64,000 bases of DNA from IMG/VR virus record IMGVR_UViG_3300025147_000002; one strand, written 5' to 3'. This stretch comes from a virus. Positions within the stretch are counted from its first letter, which is position 1. Every line of letters starts with the position of its first letter. The notes beneath the pieces were generated by a model, which saw nothing but the letters and a program-made list of their open reading frames with translations, ran no database searches and was not told where the DNA came from. Below are positions 1 to 7,590 of this stretch, piece after piece. Both the position numbers and the translations under genes were made by a program.

Positions 1-67
1 AATCTATTCCCATAAGTATATTTATTTTATTGAATATATCAGTAGCTAATGCTAAATATGATTTATC

Positions 68-166
68 TCATAATAATAAAGCTGTAATTGATATTGTAAT
101 ATAAGCTATTGCTAAGAATGGAAATACTATTAAGTATTTAAATAAATATGTAATTATGTGTATCAT
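68..166 (-). CDS. small hydrophobic ORF (32 aa), hypothetical
   Basis: Hand-translated minus-strand ORF below the track cutoff: MIHIITYLFKYLIVFPFLAIAYITISITALLL. ATG at 166, TGA at 68-70. One TM-like stretch. Same orientation as the leftward gene block. No recognisable family. Confidence 0.15.
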   Translation of the reverse strand: MIHIITYLFKYLIVFPFLAIAYITISITALLL

Positions 167-189
167 TATAATAAATGTATTTGTAAAGA

Positions 190-369
190 TTACCAATATG
201 TACAAGCTATACATTGTCGTGTTATACATAACTTACAAGCATTGTATATGTTTTCAGATGTATGTAAAGATCTTATAGATAGTATTGATTTATCTAATTG
301 AATAGCTTTTAGTGAATGTTTATTGTAAATACTTGTTGAAACTGTTGAAACTGTTATAGATGATTGCAT
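190..369 (-). CDS. hypothetical small protein (59 aa) with Cys-rich C-terminus
   Basis: Hand-translated minus-strand ORF: MQSSITVSTVSTSIYNKHSLKAIQLDKSILSIRSLHTSENIYNACKLCITRQCIACTYW. ATG at 369, TAA at 190-192. It falls just under the 60-aa track cutoff. CxxC...CxxC pattern at the C-terminus. Confidence 0.2.
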   Translation of the reverse strand: MQSSITVSTVSTSIYNKHSLKAIQLDKSILSIRSLHTSENIYNACKLCITRQCIACTYW

Positions 370-467
370 AACTTCGGGATAGTTAATTAGAGAAGGATTT
401 AGATGTTGTGGTAATATGGTTGTAAATGGTGATTGCGGAGCTGGTACTATTACTCCAACACTTACTA

Positions 468-959
468 TTACTCTAAATTACAACTGTCACAATTATCTGC
501 TAAACATGTATTACAATCTTTAACAATAGTAAATTCATTAGTAGGTCGATCATTATCATCAAAATGTTCAATTACACCTGCCCAAACATCTATTACATGA
601 CTAGCAGGATCATATTCTCTACCATATTCAACAATATCCTCATTTATAGTAATAATACTAGTATTTACATAACCTTTAGCAAGATCTGCAATTGCACTTG
701 GCCAAGGACCTGCATCATCATTTAATTTAATATCTTTACCAATACCGACATTTGTACTAATAGTAGTAGGTAATTCTTTCCATGTAGCAATAGCTTTATA
801 ATGATCTTTACCATTACCTTTAGTATCTTCATCAAATGGTGTACCAATAATAGTTTTACCTTCACCTGTACTTTTACCATTATCTTCTTGAGGGTTATTA
901 ATAAACTCATTAAGAGCTTCTCTAGCACTATCTAATGCTTCTTGTAGTGTGCCTTTCAT
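468..959 (-). CDS. hypothetical acidic early-type protein with C-terminal Cys knuckle
   Basis: 163-aa ORF. About 20% Asp+Glu with few basic residues. C-terminal CNTCLADNCDSC (C-x2-C-x4-C-x2-C). No family recognised. Confidence 0.6.
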   Translation of the reverse strand: MKGTLQEALDSAREALNEFINNPQEDNGKSTGEGKTIIGTPFDEDTKGNGKDHYKAIATWKELPTTISTNVGIGKDIKLNDDAGPWPSAIADLAKGYVNTSIITINEDIVEYGREYDPASHVIDVWAGVIEHFDDNDRPTNEFTIVKDCNTCLADNCDSCNLE

Positions 960-962
960 AGC

Positions 963-1076
963 TTAAATAGAATTAAGTAATAAAGAGCAATTAAGTATCC
1001 AATTAGCAACTGTAATTATAGCAATAAATATAAGAACTTTATAGATCTTATTTAAAATATTAATTATATCTCTCAT
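963..1076 (-). CDS. small membrane peptide (37 aa), hypothetical
   Basis: Hand-translated: MRDIINILNKIYKVLIFIAIITVANWILNCSLLLNSI. ATG at 1076, TAA at 963-965. It ends 4 nt before the start of the 468..959 gene. Single TM-like segment. Confidence 0.3.
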   Translation of the reverse strand: MRDIINILNKIYKVLIFIAIITVANWILNCSLLLNSI

Positions 1077-1093
1077 AACTTATTTATTTTTAC

Positions 1094-1125
1094 GTGTATA
1101 TATTATAAGTGTGTATATTATAAGT
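1094..1125. repeat. imperfect tandem duplication (17 + 15 nt)
   Basis: gtgtatatattataagt (1094-1110) is directly followed by gtgtatattataagt (1111-1125). On the minus strand each unit contains TTATAATAT. The repeat lies 18 nt upstream of the minus-strand ATG at 1076. Confidence 0.7.
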
Positions 1126-1150
1126 GTTCGCAATATTACAAGTGCATCTT

Positions 1151-1186
1151 AAAAAAATACTAATAGGATTGTTAGTCCCATTAGTA
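1151..1186 (-). terminator. rho-independent terminator after the 1195..1746 gene
   Basis: Arms tactaatagga (1158-1168) and tcccattagta (1176-1186) form an 11-bp stem with one mismatch. On the minus strand the stem is followed by a T7 run (plus-strand A-run 1151-1157). It starts 9 nt downstream of the stop at 1195. Confidence 0.7.
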
Positions 1187-1194
1187 TAATATTA

Positions 1195-1746
1195 TTATTT
1201 ACTTGCACGTTTCAATTCAAGAAAAGCTGCTCTGTCTTCCTCATTCATTGGATTATATTCACGTCCAAACATTTCAGCGAAATCAAAAGTAGTTTGTTTA
1301 CTATCAATTTTCATGTTACGTACCTTTTCAGCATCCTTACCGCTAACTACACTAATTGTATCAAGTACATTAAAGCCTACTTTAGTGAATGCCTTAGGTA
1401 ATTTAGTCTCAGGATTAATAAAGCCAAAAGTTTCATCTACAAAACTACCTTTAAACAAAACATTCAAATTAGTATAACTACCAACCGGAATAATTTTATT
1501 CAAACGTTCGTAGAATAGTGAACTATTAACAAAACAATCACATTTAGCACCTGTAACGTTATCACGTGCATTGATAACAAAGTAATCATTACTTAAGATA
1601 TGTGTACCTTTGTCAATACCTTGTTCAACTTTTAATACTTCCAACTCTTTGTAAACTATTTCAGCTACTTTAAGTTGAGCATTAGTAATTAAAGTATTTA
1701 AAGCTGTTTGATTTGCAATAGGTGCAATACTTTCTAATTTCGGCAT
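1195..1746 (-). CDS. hypothetical protein (183 aa)
   Basis: Long clean ORF with its own terminator. No motif recognised. Confidence 0.7.
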   Translation of the reverse strand: MPKLESIAPIANQTALNTLITNAQLKVAEIVYKELEVLKVEQGIDKGTHILSNDYFVINARDNVTGAKCDCFVNSSLFYERLNKIIPVGSYTNLNVLFKGSFVDETFGFINPETKLPKAFTKVGFNVLDTISVVSGKDAEKVRNMKIDSKQTTFDFAEMFGREYNPMNEEDRAAFLELKRASK

Positions 1747-1817
1747 TGTATTAAGTATTTGTATTCGTTTCAGATTAATAGACTTTTACATTTAGTAATA
1801 CAATTAATTAAACTGTA

Positions 1818-2045
1818 CTATGTAGTAAATTTATCTATCTCTCCAAAATCAAGTGGGGGGTCTTCTACCCCGATAAGTGATGGGTCTGTTTCACTAGATG
1901 GTACTAGACTACTACCATTCATATGATCAGCTACTTCCATATTAACATACACATCTATACTAGCAATATTAACTTTACAAACTATAGTTTTACGATATAT
2001 AGCAGAAGAATCAATAACTATATCAAAATTATCAGAAAAATTCAT
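1818..2045 (-). CDS. hypothetical small acidic protein (75 aa)
   Basis: ORF packed tightly in the leftward operon, 9 nt from the upstream gene. No motif recognised. Confidence 0.5.
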   Translation of the reverse strand: MNFSDNFDIVIDSSAIYRKTIVCKVNIASIDVYVNMEVADHMNGSSLVPSSETDPSLIGVEDPPLDFGEIDKFTT

Positions 2046-2054
2046 ATACTTATT

Positions 2055-2402
2055 TTACTTAGATACTCCATATACATATTCATCATTAACTAAATTAGCG
2101 GTAATAATTTTAGAAGAATCTGTAGAGTTATAAGGATCAACTCCTATAATAAATTTAGGAAATTTACCAGCTTCTTCATATATAGGTTCACCAAATAAAG
2201 TATCTTTACTATATAGTTGATCTATAGTAAGATTCATTAATGATTTATTACATATTGTACATATATATTTACCGTTAATAATATTAACTTCTCTACTTGT
2301 TCCACAATCACAATAATTATTACCTATTGTTTCCATATTTTTAAATGTATAAATTACTTCTTTAAGAGCTTCACAAATTTGATCAATCCAATCTAGTGTC
2401 AT
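2055..2402 (-). CDS. zinc-ribbon protein, hypothetical
   Basis: 115-aa ORF with CDC...(17 aa)...CTIC, a four-Cys arrangement typical of a zinc ribbon. Confidence 0.6.
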   Translation of the reverse strand: MTLDWIDQICEALKEVIYTFKNMETIGNNYCDCGTSREVNIINGKYICTICNKSLMNLTIDQLYSKDTLFGEPIYEEAGKFPKFIIGVDPYNSTDSSKIITANLVNDEYVYGVSK

Positions 2403-2413
2403 TAGGTATAATA

Positions 2414-2680
2414 TTATATAGTTATATAGACATCTTTAATATCATTTACATTAGGTAGATTCTTATAATTAATATGAGCATCTTCTAGACGTTTAAGAGC
2501 AGCTTCAAAATCTTCTTTAGTAACTACTCTAATAGGTGTATCTATTAATTTATGATATTCAATATTTATAGGATTAACAGTAGGATAATACCAATACATA
2601 TTACCATTAATCATAGTAAATTTAATATCTTCCTTATCAGATTCATTAAGTTCTTCAAATGTATTACGTTCAGCTTCCAT
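2414..2680 (-). CDS. hypothetical protein (88 aa)
   Basis: ORF in the operon. It starts MEAERN. The first 17 nt match an internal ATG region of the next gene. Confidence 0.55.
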   Translation of the reverse strand: MEAERNTFEELNESDKEDIKFTMINGNMYWYYPTVNPINIEYHKLIDTPIRVVTKEDFEAALKRLEDAHINYKNLPNVNDIKDVYITI

Positions 2681-2683
2681 AAT

Positions 2684-2947
2684 TTATTGTTTTATAATAC
2701 CCATATTAAGTAACATAGTAAGTTTAGCGGATACTTCTTCAATTGTATGAGGTTCTTGATCAATAGGTTTACCAAAATTACCAAAAGTTTTACATTTATA
2801 AGATGCCGTTATTTGTTTAAGTTCAGATTCACTAACACCTTCTAATGCTTTATTCATACTATCTGTATAAACTATATAAGCATCTGATAGTTTATTAACT
2901 ATTATTTGTATACGTTCAGCTTCCATATTAAGATATTTATAAGTCAA
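2684..2947 (-). CDS. hypothetical protein (87 aa; possibly 80 aa from the internal MEAER start)
   Basis: ORF in the operon. Residues 8-12 are MEAER, encoded by the same atggaagctgaacgt string that starts the downstream gene. Confidence 0.55.
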   Translation of the reverse strand: MTYKYLNMEAERIQIIVNKLSDAYIVYTDSMNKALEGVSESELKQITASYKCKTFGNFGKPIDQEPHTIEEVSAKLTMLLNMGIIKQ

Positions 2948-2958
2948 TGATTTAGAAC

Positions 2959-3450
2959 CTATACTAACTTTTTAATAGTAAGAGATTTAAGTAACAACTG
3001 AAGTTCACCAGGTCTATCTGTATAATAAGTTTCATTAAGTATAATATTATCTATTGCATCTTTAACTCTAAGTTTGTAATCTTCAATAGATTCTTCTATA
3101 GGTACATCTTCTATTTTAATATCTTTATGACCAAGTGGAGTATTAACAACTACATTAGATTTAGGTAATAACTTATTAGTATCTATAATTTCTTGAACAG
3201 ATTCATTATGTGTAAGTATAGGTACATCTGTTAAACGACCCCATAAATTAATAGTATGATTAGTAACTAGCAGTTCATGTGTATCAGATCTTTCTATAAA
3301 ATGTTTTAATTCTAAATAAGCTTCTTTAGTAATAGATAACCATACAAAATAAGGATTACCTTTATCAAAAGGACTTCTATCAAATTTAAGATAATAATTC
3401 ATAGGAACTTCAACAACTTCTTCTTTAATAATAGATTCTGAATTGTTCAT
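2959..3450 (-). CDS. hypothetical protein (163 aa), first gene of the leftward block
   Basis: Clean ORF bordering the divergent non-coding region. No motif recognised. Confidence 0.65.
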   Translation of the reverse strand: MNNSESIIKEEVVEVPMNYYLKFDRSPFDKGNPYFVWLSITKEAYLELKHFIERSDTHELLVTNHTINLWGRLTDVPILTHNESVQEIIDTNKLLPKSNVVVNTPLGHKDIKIEDVPIEESIEDYKLRVKDAIDNIILNETYYTDRPGELQLLLKSLTIKKLV

Positions 3451-4053
3451 AACGTGTAATTTAAAATGTTTAATTAAATGATTGAAATATGTAATACCAA
3501 GTGTAATGCGACAATCGAGCCGTAATCTTCAACCTCCTTACCTACAGGGAAGTACAGTAGCTCAATAAGAATATCTATAAGTATCGTAGTAGGTGTAGGA
3601 GTAGGTATAAAATCTATTATATTTGTAGGTATATTATCAGGTATATCAAAATCTATACTATGAGTTGTAGTTACGAGTATAGTATCTATATGTTAATAAA
3701 TGTTAAATTTAATTTATTTTAACTATAATTATTTGGAGATTAAAAAAGAATTTCTATATTTTAGATTACGATGATAGACCCTTAAAAGTAATAATTTGTT
3801 AAAATTATTATACATATATCTTCAATTATATCTTCAAATATACATAAAATTATAGTAAAAATATAATACGATTTTACAACAAATATAAAATATTTTGCAG
3901 ATAAATTTATAGGTAATTTATTATATTTTACAATGCCTTCCGCAAAACATTTATAGGTACGTTTAGGAGTATCTTTATTAATACCTTTACATCTATGTGT
4001 AGTATTTTTATAATTTGTATCTATATAATAAAGCAATAAAGATACTCATTATA

Positions 4054-4085
4054 TTTGGTATATACAATACTATATGATATATTTG
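4054..4085 (+). promoter_or_regulatory. Bacteroidota-type promoter candidate (-33 TTTG / -7 TAnnTTTG)
   Basis: TATATTTG at 4078-4085 matches the -7 consensus TAnnTTTG. TTTG at 4054-4057 lies 20 nt upstream, within the consensus 19-21 nt spacing. The ATG of the first rightward gene is 40 nt downstream. A second identical TATATTTG sits at 4050-4057. Confidence 0.5.
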
Positions 4086-4124
4086 TACCCATAAGTAATT
4101 ACTAATACATATATAAATACTATT

Positions 4125-4571
4125 ATGGAATCACAAGTTATTAGAGAAGCTAAGAGTTTACATCATGTTAAACCTGTACTTAATAATCTATTAGTTAGAT
4201 ATAAGTATGAAGCCAAAGGAATGATTATTACTAATAAAGATGCACTCGGTAATGTTCAAGCTATTGAAAAAGTTATTGTAGGTTATGGTGAAACTACATT
4301 ACCTAGATATGATATCGGAATAGCTATTATAACTAAAGCTAATTGTTTTAGTTTACAACCTATTGTTATTACAGGTAATGATAAATCAGTTGCAAGTATT
4401 GCTAAATCTTTAAATCCTGCTAATAAAAATGTTAGAGTATTAGTACTTAATGAAAGTGATAAAGCAGATCGGAAAATAGATTTAGCTAAAGTATATACAA
4501 TGTACGAATATTATCTTATTAACGAAGGTGATATTATGGCTACAGATACAGATGTAATTGTAGAACTTTAA
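4125..4571 (+). CDS. GroES/Cpn10-like co-chaperonin (putative)
   Basis: By-eye alignment to GroES: [22 protein letters not shown] vs [35 protein letters not shown] vs GEVLAVGNG; C-terminal [13 protein letters not shown] vs EEVLIMSESDILA. At 148 aa it is longer than GroES and has an internal insertion. Confidence 0.45.
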   Translation: [148 protein letters not shown]

Positions 4572-4585
4572 TACCTATATCTTTA

Positions 4586-5005
4586 ATGACACCTCAACAA
4601 GAAAATAAAGTTATTAAAGATATTCCTCAAGCATTTGAAGAACTTAATAATTTGAGCTTAGAAGAACGTAATTGGTTAGCTGAGTTTGAAGGATTAAGTT
4701 CTTCTGATTTAAAGACTTTAGTTAAAGTATTTGAGAGAAGTCAATCTTTAAGTATAACTAAAGGTTTCCATTCATTAGATGAAAAGATATTTGTACCTAA
4801 ACTTGGTGTCTTTTATATTAAAGAAGCTAAGATGGATTTAGCTAGACTTACAGGAATGGAACCTTGTAAACTTGATCCTAAAACACATGCTGAAGTTATA
4901 GCAGAAATTAAACGTTTATATTTAGAACGTGCTACAAGTGGAGCTAATAATAATCGTAATAAAACACTTCATGTCAATCTTAACCGAACTAGTACCGAAA
5001 GGTAG
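4586..5005 (+). CDS. hypothetical protein (139 aa)
   Basis: Clean ORF. Its 3' end overlaps the nuclease gene by about 35 nt. No motif recognised. Confidence 0.55.
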   Translation: MTPQQENKVIKDIPQAFEELNNLSLEERNWLAEFEGLSSSDLKTLVKVFERSQSLSITKGFHSLDEKIFVPKLGVFYIKEAKMDLARLTGMEPCKLDPKTHAEVIAEIKRLYLERATSGANNNRNKTLHVNLNRTSTER

Positions 5006-5942
5006 AATACTATATTTTAATGAAGAAGCACATAAGTATAAAGATGATCTCGATCAACACTATACTAGTACTACTACAGTTGTAGGTAAATATACAGAAG
5101 AATTTAAGACTAAGGAAATAGCTAAAGCATGTGAACGTATAGGTCGTATGTCTCAACATCCTAAATATCTTTTATATCGTGGTAAATCTGCTAAACAACT
5201 TATATTTGAATGGGCTACTGAAACAGAACGAGCATGTGCTAAAGGTACAGTTAAACACAATACACTTGAAGATGCAGTTAAGAGTTCTAATAACTATAAG
5301 AAAAATGCTAATGGATTTGTTAATGATCGTATCTATACTATAGATGATATTATTAAGAAACATAAATACGGTAAACTTACTTTAAAGTACTTTAGTAAAA
5401 CAGGTATTGATATTAAGTATCCTACTATTTATGGTATTATTAAAGATCTTGTTGGTAAAGGTTTTAAGATATATGCAGAGATAGGTGTATATCATACAGG
5501 ATTTCTTATTAGTGGTTTGATAGATATATTACTTGTTAATGATGCAGGTGAATTTTATATATTAGATTGGAAAACTAATAAAGCACCATTACATTTTGAT
5601 TGTGGTTATTATGAGAAGAATTTAGATGCTACTCTTAATCTAGATAAATGGATTAATAAAGATAATTACTTTGCATATCCACTTAATAAATTAGTAGATA
5701 GTGTAGGTAATCATTATGCTATGCAACTATCTACTTATGCTTATCTTGTAGAAACATTTGGTTTGAAACTTATAGGTCTTATACTTTGTCATATACGTAC
5801 ACTTGAAAAGACATATGATGCTAATGGTAATGAAGTAGAAGAAGTTAAGTTTTATAAAATACCTTATCTTAAACAAGATGTTGAGAATATGCTTACAGAT
5901 CATTCACGTTCTATACAATCAACTAAAACATTATTTTCATGA
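4971..5942 (+). CDS. PD-(D/E)XK (RecB/Cas4/lambda-exo-like) nuclease
   Basis: Motifs GLIDIL...FYILDWKTNK (D...D-x-K) and QLSTYAYL (QxxxY). The track ORF opens at a GTG at 4929. The first ATG is 4971 (MSILTELVPKGR...). Confidence 0.75.
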   Translation: MSILTELVPKGRILYFNEEAHKYKDDLDQHYTSTTTVVGKYTEEFKTKEIAKACERIGRMSQHPKYLLYRGKSAKQLIFEWATETERACAKGTVKHNTLEDAVKSSNNYKKNANGFVNDRIYTIDDIIKKHKYGKLTLKYFSKTGIDIKYPTIYGIIKDLVGKGFKIYAEIGVYHTGFLISGLIDILLVNDAGEFYILDWKTNKAPLHFDCGYYEKNLDATLNLDKWINKDNYFAYPLNKLVDSVGNHYAMQLSTYAYLVETFGLKLIGLILCHIRTLEKTYDANGNEVEEVKFYKIPYLKQDVENMLTDHSRSIQSTKTLFS

Positions 5943-6541
5943 AAGCTACAATTGATGTTGGCAAATGTCTAGCTATTGCTAGTAGAGAGAAGTATCAAAT
6001 ATTTAGTAAACCTTATCAACTTAACATTTGGGGTGTTAGATCAGAAGATAAGAATACTAGAGAATTTAATGATACTTGTTTTATATTTTATAAGAATGAT
6101 AAAGGTACTTGGGTATATAATCAATTTGTTATTACTACAGATCCTAGTGACTTTTATTTACTTAAACCTATTAATCCTAAAGGTACAGCTATAGTTAAAT
6201 CAGGACAATATATAGATGTATGGAATTTTGGATATCACAAGAATAGAGATAATCATAAAGCATTAGTACAAGTGCAACCTATTAAAGTTTATAGAGATGC
6301 TACATTAGATGAATTTAAAACATTTAAAGAAGATTCAGTAGATGAAGGTTTATTTGGTATTAATATGCATCATGCCGCTAAAGGTATTATAAGTAAATGG
6401 ATAGGTGTTTATGGAGCAGGTTGTCAAGTACATACTGATTGTAATAAATATGATAATGAGTTTATACCATTAGTAGAACGTTCTGTACTATATGGTAATA
6501 GACATTTTAGTTACACACTTTTAACAGAAAATATGCTATGA
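5939..6541 (+). CDS. putative peptidoglycan hydrolase (YkuD / L,D-peptidase-like His...Cys motif)
   Basis: GINMHHAAKGIISKWIGVYGAGCQVH resembles the H-x(n)-(S/A)xGC catalytic signature of L,D-transpeptidase-fold enzymes. Its stop overlaps the start of two membrane-protein genes (ATGA junctions), which looks like a lysis cassette. Confidence 0.4.
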   Translation: MKATIDVGKCLAIASREKYQIFSKPYQLNIWGVRSEDKNTREFNDTCFIFYKNDKGTWVYNQFVITTDPSDFYLLKPINPKGTAIVKSGQYIDVWNFGYHKNRDNHKALVQVQPIKVYRDATLDEFKTFKEDSVDEGLFGINMHHAAKGIISKWIGVYGAGCQVHTDCNKYDNEFIPLVERSVLYGNRHFSYTLLTENML

Positions 6542-6876
6542 AAGAACTTTGGACTAAATATAAATTATATGTTTATGGAGTAGGTGTACTACTAGTTGTA
6601 CTGTTCCTATTATTTTACTTTATAGATAAGCGAGATAAAACATATCAGATTGAAGCAGATCAATGGCGTGATAAGTTTATAGTATATCAACATGATTATA
6701 ATGCTGCTATTGAGAAGATAAGTAAACAACAACTTACTATAGATTCATTAATTAAAGTTAAACAAATTAAAGATATTAAATATGTACACGATGTTAAAGA
6801 ATTTGGCAATCCTTATATTATTTCTAATGATTCCATTACTAAGTATATCACAAGTAAAATTCATAATAAAGAATGA
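6538..6876 (+). CDS. i-spanin-like type II membrane protein
   Basis: N-terminal TM segment (LYVYGVGVLLVVLFLLFYFI) followed by a charged helical region. ATGA overlap with the upstream enzyme gene. Confidence 0.45.
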   Translation: MKELWTKYKLYVYGVGVLLVVLFLLFYFIDKRDKTYQIEADQWRDKFIVYQHDYNAAIEKISKQQLTIDSLIKVKQIKDIKYVHDVKEFGNPYIISNDSITKYITSKIHNKE

Positions 6877-7192
6877 CACACTTGTTGGTTATACATTTAA
6901 TGAAAATAGACAGATAGCTTTAATATTTAAAGAAGGTGAATATTATAAAGAACTTAATAGTATTAATAATGGTTTAGTTAAATCTAAAGACAATATTATA
7001 GATGCTTATAAGATGCAATTAGCAACTTCAAACAGTCTTAACAGTGATCAACAGAAGCGATTACAGGAACTATTAACTTTAGCTAATAAGAACGTTAATG
7101 CGACTAATAAACTAAGGAAATCACGTAACTTCTGGTTTACTACGACAGGTACACTTACATTAGTAGTAACAGGTTTAATATTCATCAAATGA
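6782..7192 (+). CDS. membrane protein with N-terminal signal-like segment and C-terminal TM (spanin-like topology)
   Basis: N-terminus LAILILFLMIPLLSISQ. C-terminus FWFTTTGTLTLVVTGLIFIK. The first 95 nt are embedded out of frame in the previous gene. No lipobox Cys. Confidence 0.4.
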   Translation: MYTMLKNLAILILFLMIPLLSISQVKFIIKNDTLVGYTFNENRQIALIFKEGEYYKELNSINNGLVKSKDNIIDAYKMQLATSNSLNSDQQKRLQELLTLANKNVNATNKLRKSRNFWFTTTGTLTLVVTGLIFIK

Positions 7193-7569
7193 AAGGTACA
7201 TACTTTATTATACCTTTAATAATATATCCTTTTGATGTTATGGTATCTATAGATGAAACTGATAAAGTACTTTTAGATAGATTTGTTAGATATGGTAATA
7301 CTAAAGCAGAATGTCAACCTTTATTTCCTATGAGTAATACATGTAGAGGTAGATATTTTTTATTACCATCTAATCAAAGTGTAATACGATTAACCCATCA
7401 AGAAGATAAATATAGTATGCTTGAAACTATATCGCATGAGATATTTCATACAGTTACATATATAATGAATACACTTGGTGGTAAATTAAAATTAGCTGTT
7501 AGTGATGAACCATATGCTTATTTAACTGGATATTTAACTAAAGAGATTTGTAAAAGACTTAAAATATAA
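7189..7569 (+). CDS. HExxH zinc-metallopeptidase-like protein
   Basis: HEIFH at nt 7435-7449 in a 126-aa ORF. ATGA overlap with the previous gene. Confidence 0.45.
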   Translation: MKGTYFIIPLIIYPFDVMVSIDETDKVLLDRFVRYGNTKAECQPLFPMSNTCRGRYFLLPSNQSVIRLTHQEDKYSMLETISHEIFHTVTYIMNTLGGKLKLAVSDEPYAYLTGYLTKEICKRLKI

Positions 7570-7590
7570 ATTAATTTAATACTTAATATT

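Noticed and set aside
3481-3662. Protein-like minus-strand reading frame (IDFDIPDNIPTNIIDFIPTPTPTT...VALHLVLHISII)
   Set aside because: The frame is open for about 70 codons but has no ATG, and I found no plausible GTG/TTG near its 5' end. It is bounded upstream by a TAA. The repeat-driven PT-rich translation mirrors the GTAGG DNA repeats, so I treat it as non-coding or a decayed gene.
3782-4036. 84-aa minus-strand ORF in the divergent intergenic region
   Set aside because: The sequence is low-complexity, AT-driven (I/Y/K/N/F-rich). It lies in the region that carries the promoter-like boxes, has no coupling to neighbouring genes, and would sit about 330 nt from the next leftward gene. It is most likely a chance ORF in AT-rich DNA.
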